A stretch of DNA of 54,070 nt, the filler included, from Circinaria calcarea (taxonomy: Eukaryota): assembly GCA_051942165.1 (NCBI GenBank). It is 4 parts of 4 records of this genome, joined end to end, with 100 filler letters (N's around TTAATTAATTAA, not from the genome) between each part and the next. Parts side by side here need not be neighbours in the genome. Positions count along the whole stretch, not along the records: positions 40,637 to 54,070 come from JAVECS010000503.1; 3 more parts are not named here. One strand, 5' to 3'. Below the pieces are notes generated by a model, which saw only the letters and a program-made list of their open reading frames with translations, was not told the DNA's origin and ran no database searches. Positions 50,004 through 54,070 of the stretch are shown here, in pieces (the stretch's first letter is position 1; the number at the start of each line of letters is the position of its first letter). The position numbers and the translations under genes are program-made.

Positions 50004-53000
50004 ATGATCGGTCGTCTCCTGCAATCCGCAGCTTCAACTTTCAGTCCCCACAGCTCACCGAGGTCGCAACCTCCTCTCGAATCAGTCACGGAAGAGGCCC
50101 ACACACGCGACTTGCTATACCCAGAAGTTTGCTCACCGCGCCAGGGCCAACCCAGTGGCTTTTCGGTACACAGCGGCAGAACACCCTACAATGCGAGGGA
50201 AGCTGCCAGCTATGACGACGTCGGTGGGCTCAACGTTTCCTACCCAGCTGATATCCGAATCGTCATAGCGCAAGATGCCAACCCCCGTCATCAACAACCG
50301 CAGGTCCTATTCGATTCCGCTCCTCCTCCTGCTCCTCCGACCATTCGACAGGAGACACCCCCCAAAAGTGCCGGAGATGGAAGGCCACGTCAAGAATGGG
50401 GGTCAAACAGGGGATCAGGACCTTCAGCTTCCACTCGGGATTCTCCAAAACATCAACACACGCGCCAAACTTCGATGTTTCAAATCCCACATCTTTATGG
50501 GGCATCTCCCGTCTCGCCTCGCTCTCCCGAACTCCGATCAAGAAGGGCATTCGCTGACTCTACGCCCCGATCGTCGACATTCGAAGCCAGTCCTGGCGAG
50601 TCGGAAACTACCCAAGGAAGAATCATAAGAGAGGGAAAAGAAGATACGGAGGCCCTCTTGAGCTGCATGTTTGGAGCTCCTGGATTTCGTCTAGAGCCGG
50701 GCACGAAGCTCCACGTCATCCCCCGGAAAATAACTGATCAATCGAATAGTAGTGTGTTGAGCCCAGCATTCTATCGACCAGGTTCTTCCGGAGGGTTCAG
50801 TAGGCAGCGTACATCTCTCATGCGTTCCACCAGTGCAGCAGACCTGTCTGACATGAACCCTACGAGTGATCGCAGTGTCCTGTCGAACTCCAAGAGTTCT
50901 CTAGTAATCACTAGACTGTTCTCCGTTCATCTGTCTGACACGGAAAGCACGGAATCTGATGAGACTTTGGAAAATGGAAGCCCGTTATATAATGGCGAAT
51001 CACTCGACTCACAAAGCCGAGAGGCGAACGTTAAGGGCACTTCTGGCTCATCCAAAGATGTAAAGCAGACAAAGACGCCCATGTTCGCCATAGCATTAAT
51101 ACTACAGTTGCCCAACGATACTCAGCGTGTTGGTTTGCGAAAGAATGCTTCCCAGATGGAAGCTTCCTCGTTGGGGTCGTCGTACGAGTATACGTCTCAA
51201 TCGCCCGATGCGAGTTGGAGAACCGGTAACAATACCTTGTCTAACCTCATGGATGTACAAGCCAGCAGCTTTTTCCTTGCTCTACCGAACAATCCTAACG
51301 TTCACATCGCCAAGGTCCTTGCACAATGGAACATTATTGGCAAGTGCCTAATCTCGTTGGAGACGAATATCAGGAGTAGGCTTCTCGAGTTACTGACATA
51401 CCAGAAATCGTTGCTGATCCACCTAATTACCACTCCTCGACCTCCTACAATCACGGGGAAACTCAAGAAAGTCAAGCTGCAATCTCAACAGAGTGTCCAG
51501 GTTGATCCTGGATGCTTGCAGAAATGTGTCCTCGTCCAGAGTGAAGTCTCAAAAACCTCCCAGAGGGTAATCGGTGGTCTTCGGACGCGTAGAGTCATCA
51601 CAGGTCAAGGTCGATGGGGCGCATGGAGGGAAGAAGCCCGCTGGGTCGGACGCTGGGCTGGAGGCCGCGACCAGAATTTTTTCTTCTTCAACGTTCTGAC
51701 TGCTTTTCTGGGATCACATACAGCATGGATGGACTCCTTCGAACCTGCTTTGCGAAAACGCCGACATGTAATACATAATCACCTCTCGCGCCAAGAAGCA
51801 GAACCTATCCGGCAGCGGACGGTCATCGTGTCTAACGACAAGATGGCTGCAAGGAGACTTATTTTCCTTCTTGCTGCATTCCTGCCGGGCACACACAGCA
51901 AACCTCGCCTCGAAGCGCCTCAGTCCCCTCAGCTCATGCAAGCTACCATGGTCTACTCCCAAAGCCCAGCGTCCTTGCCCACGGTACAGGATTTGTCGCA
52001 ACGCCGAACGGTCGATGACAGGGCCACTAATGCCCGGAAGACCAACAGTAGTGGTCACGGGAGATCAGTCAGTTTCTCTATCGAAGGTGTGGACGAGAAC
52101 TCCAATGTTACACTTGCAAACCAAGGCCATGAGAGGCGTACATCCGATGCAAGATCTATCAGAGGAGCTTCCCTAGCCATTCCGACCGCTAACTCAAGCT
52201 TACGAAAGTCCTCGACGTCTACCCTCGTGGCTGAATCTACGGTACCTGTTGCGCATTTCGCTGACTTGGGCAGTAAGAATCTGGCCAACTCACAGAGACC
52301 GGGAAGTAGTGGAAGTCTAGCCTCATTGGCGTTGAATCAAAGCTTGAGGAGGTCAGATAGCATTGGCTTGAGTAATATCAGTGGGTCTGCTGGCCGATTT
52401 GGGAGTATGGTTAGTGGGTTCTGGAGCATCAGAAGAGGTTCTTCCACCGATGATGGTGATGCTTTGGCTTCGTCTCAAGAGTCTCCTGCAGATTCACGGC
52501 CACGAAAGGATTTGATGAGGTTACCTGCACCAGGTAGACTTGCCCGCATGGTGGAGGAGGTTTCCCCCAATTTGGTCAAGGGAGATGAGGGACATGTTGC
52601 CGATGGGCAGAATTCACGAAAGTCGGCTTCCTTGGAACAAATGTTCAAGCAGAAACAAATCACCTCTCCAGATGAGATGGCGGATGGGAAACCTAATCAT
52701 CCATCATCCAAATCTTGGCGGACCCCTCTAAAGCTAGCGGTCAACGAGGAAGACGGTACTATCGACATCGAGTTGCCTCGTTGCCATTCTTTTGGCTCGT
52801 CGTTGGGGTCGTCTTTTGGCTCGTCACAGATACAGAGAACCGCCCCCAATAGCTTCCATGAGCACCACTCACCCTATGGTATGCCGGATTCTCCAAGGAT
52901 GCCATCTGATCCGGTCATTGACGTCGCCGGCTGGCTGAAGAGGTATCACCAGGACTTTTCTTTGCAAGCGGTGCGACCGTATCAAGCGTTAGAGGAAGAT

Positions 53001-53576
53001 GTGAAGGAATCTATGCTTAGTGAGGCACGGTTAGCTTTGCCCAAAGTGGTGGAAACAAGTTCAGAACCACCATCCGACAGATGGACAGATGTCTCTACGA
53101 CGCTGATTGCGGATACTACCAATTATTCCATTCGACGACTTCGACTGCGACGGAGACAAAAGAACCCCACCTCTGGCGACCAATCATCTGTCGAAAGTCC
53201 GCCTCAAGCCGAGCCCCTTTCGTTTGAAGAATCTCTCATCTCGGAACCTTTGATGGACATGGACCCCACCCTCATCGACGCCGTCGAGCGAGTCTTGGCC
53301 CAAAGCGGTCATTCCTCTCGCGTCCATTCGCGCGCTCCATCCCCTGCTCGTTCCGAGAGAGGTGCCACTACGGGTATGGGGACAGAAGGACCGGCGTTGG
53401 AGATTCCACACGGGGAGTGTAGGCGTATGGTGTTGGGGGCGCTGGAGCAGGTCGTGAGGAGCGTGAGCGAAGAGCAAGAGAAGGAGAGAGGAAGAGGGGA
53501 AAGGGCGAGAGGGGGAGTGGATAGTACGTTGAGAGAGGGTGTGAGGAAGTGGTTGGCTAGTGGGGAGGAGGCATAG
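50004..53576 (+). CDS. LST4: Folliculin-interacting protein homolog Lst4/FNIP (longin-DENN)
   Basis: FNIP_N-type IRIVIAQDA..VLFDS, LLSCMFG..TKLHVIP, LVITRLFSV, FAIALILQLP; later QRTVIVSNDKMAARRLIFLLAAFL and VAGWLKRYHQDFSLQAV; 1190-codon single ORF. Confidence 0.8.
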   Translation: MIGRLLQSAASTFSPHSSPRSQPPLESVTEEAHTRDLLYPEVCSPRQGQPSGFSVHSGRTPYNAREAASYDDVGGLNVSYPADIRIVIAQDANPRHQQPQVLFDSAPPPAPPTIRQETPPKSAGDGRPRQEWGSNRGSGPSASTRDSPKHQHTRQTSMFQIPHLYGASPVSPRSPELRSRRAFADSTPRSSTFEASPGESETTQGRIIREGKEDTEALLSCMFGAPGFRLEPGTKLHVIPRKITDQSNSSVLSPAFYRPGSSGGFSRQRTSLMRSTSAADLSDMNPTSDRSVLSNSKSSLVITRLFSVHLSDTESTESDETLENGSPLYNGESLDSQSREANVKGTSGSSKDVKQTKTPMFAIALILQLPNDTQRVGLRKNASQMEASSLGSSYEYTSQSPDASWRTGNNTLSNLMDVQASSFFLALPNNPNVHIAKVLAQWNIIGKCLISLETNIRSRLLELLTYQKSLLIHLITTPRPPTITGKLKKVKLQSQQSVQVDPGCLQKCVLVQSEVSKTSQRVIGGLRTRRVITGQGRWGAWREEARWVGRWAGGRDQNFFFFNVLTAFLGSHTAWMDSFEPALRKRRHVIHNHLSRQEAEPIRQRTVIVSNDKMAARRLIFLLAAFLPGTHSKPRLEAPQSPQLMQATMVYSQSPASLPTVQDLSQRRTVDDRATNARKTNSSGHGRSVSFSIEGVDENSNVTLANQGHERRTSDARSIRGASLAIPTANSSLRKSSTSTLVAESTVPVAHFADLGSKNLANSQRPGSSGSLASLALNQSLRRSDSIGLSNISGSAGRFGSMVSGFWSIRRGSSTDDGDALASSQESPADSRPRKDLMRLPAPGRLARMVEEVSPNLVKGDEGHVADGQNSRKSASLEQMFKQKQITSPDEMADGKPNHPSSKSWRTPLKLAVNEEDGTIDIELPRCHSFGSSLGSSFGSSQIQRTAPNSFHEHHSPYGMPDSPRMPSDPVIDVAGWLKRYHQDFSLQAVRPYQALEEDVKESMLSEARLALPKVVETSSEPPSDRWTDVSTTLIADTTNYSIRRLRLRRRQKNPTSGDQSSVESPPQAEPLSFEESLISEPLMDMDPTLIDAVERVLAQSGHSSRVHSRAPSPARSERGATTGMGTEGPALEIPHGECRRMVLGALEQVVRSVSEEQEKERGRGERARGGVDSTLREGVRKWLASGEEA

Positions 53577-53985
53577 GGAGTTTTATGCGAAGCGTTACGA
53601 GGGGTTTATGGATAAGGAGCGGAGGAAGTAATGGCATCGGAAGGGCGTTTAGCTTTGGTTTTATTTTTATGGCTGGGGCTGGGCTTGGCTGGGACTGGAC
53701 TGGACTGGACTGGGGTTTTTGCTGCATCCTCTCGGCGAATTTTGCCGGTCTTGGTGCCCCCTTGAGCGTTTTTTTTTTGTGTCTTTTTTGATACCCCCTT
53801 GTGGATGTACTTGTTTCCTTGTGCTGGTTGCTGGTGCTAGTTCTGGTGCCGGTTTTGGGGAGTTTGCGGGATACCAATACCGGGGCAGTCTTGGTATATA
53901 TAGCTAATGCTGACTGACGGGCTAATGTAACCCCTAACAATTAATGGCTAATAATTAAAATGCGAGGTTTTTCCATTATCTGGTA

Positions 53986-54010
53986 GCTATGCTATGCTAT
54001 GCTATGCTAT
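53986..54010. repeat. (GCTAT)5 microsatellite
   Basis: gctatgctatgctatgctatgctat. Confidence 0.85.
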
Positions 54011-54070
54011 GATATACCATGCCATTATTTCGACCAAGTCGAAGTGAAGCTATTCTTTTTCTCCCTGTCT

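Overview
Filamentous ascomycete (Pezizomycotina-type) nuclear DNA with short GT-AG introns. The window is not contiguous. It consists of four pieces (1-13460, 13561-26999, 27100-40536, 40637-54070; 13460/13439/13437/13434 bp) joined by identical 100-bp N44-TTAATTAATTAA-N44 spacers, i.e. size-sorted contigs, so adjacency across the spacers carries no meaning. Piece 1: MARVEL membrane protein, RNAi-type RNA-dependent RNA polymerase, O-acetylhomoserine sulfhydrylase (MET17), peroxisomal long-chain acyl-CoA synthetase, and an AT-rich repetitive end. Piece 2: the 3' part of DOA1, then a ~12-kb accessory island. The island holds orphan RS/RGG-rich disordered-protein genes (one large gene is interrupted by C>T-type stops), local tandem repeats, a short unnamed motif shared by two of the orphans, and a divergent intronless Prp43-derived DEAH helicase lacking canonical motif Ia and the RF hook-turn. 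This island is the most novel-looking content. Piece 3: C2H2 transcription factor (needs a GC-AG intron), NCS1 nucleobase permease with UaY-type and GATA sites upstream, URB2 and MIC10. Piece 4: vacuolar Ca2+/H+ exchanger, then IML1 and LST4/FNIP, two Rag/Gtr GTPase GAP components in tandem. All assignments are from motif recognition by eye; no searches were run.
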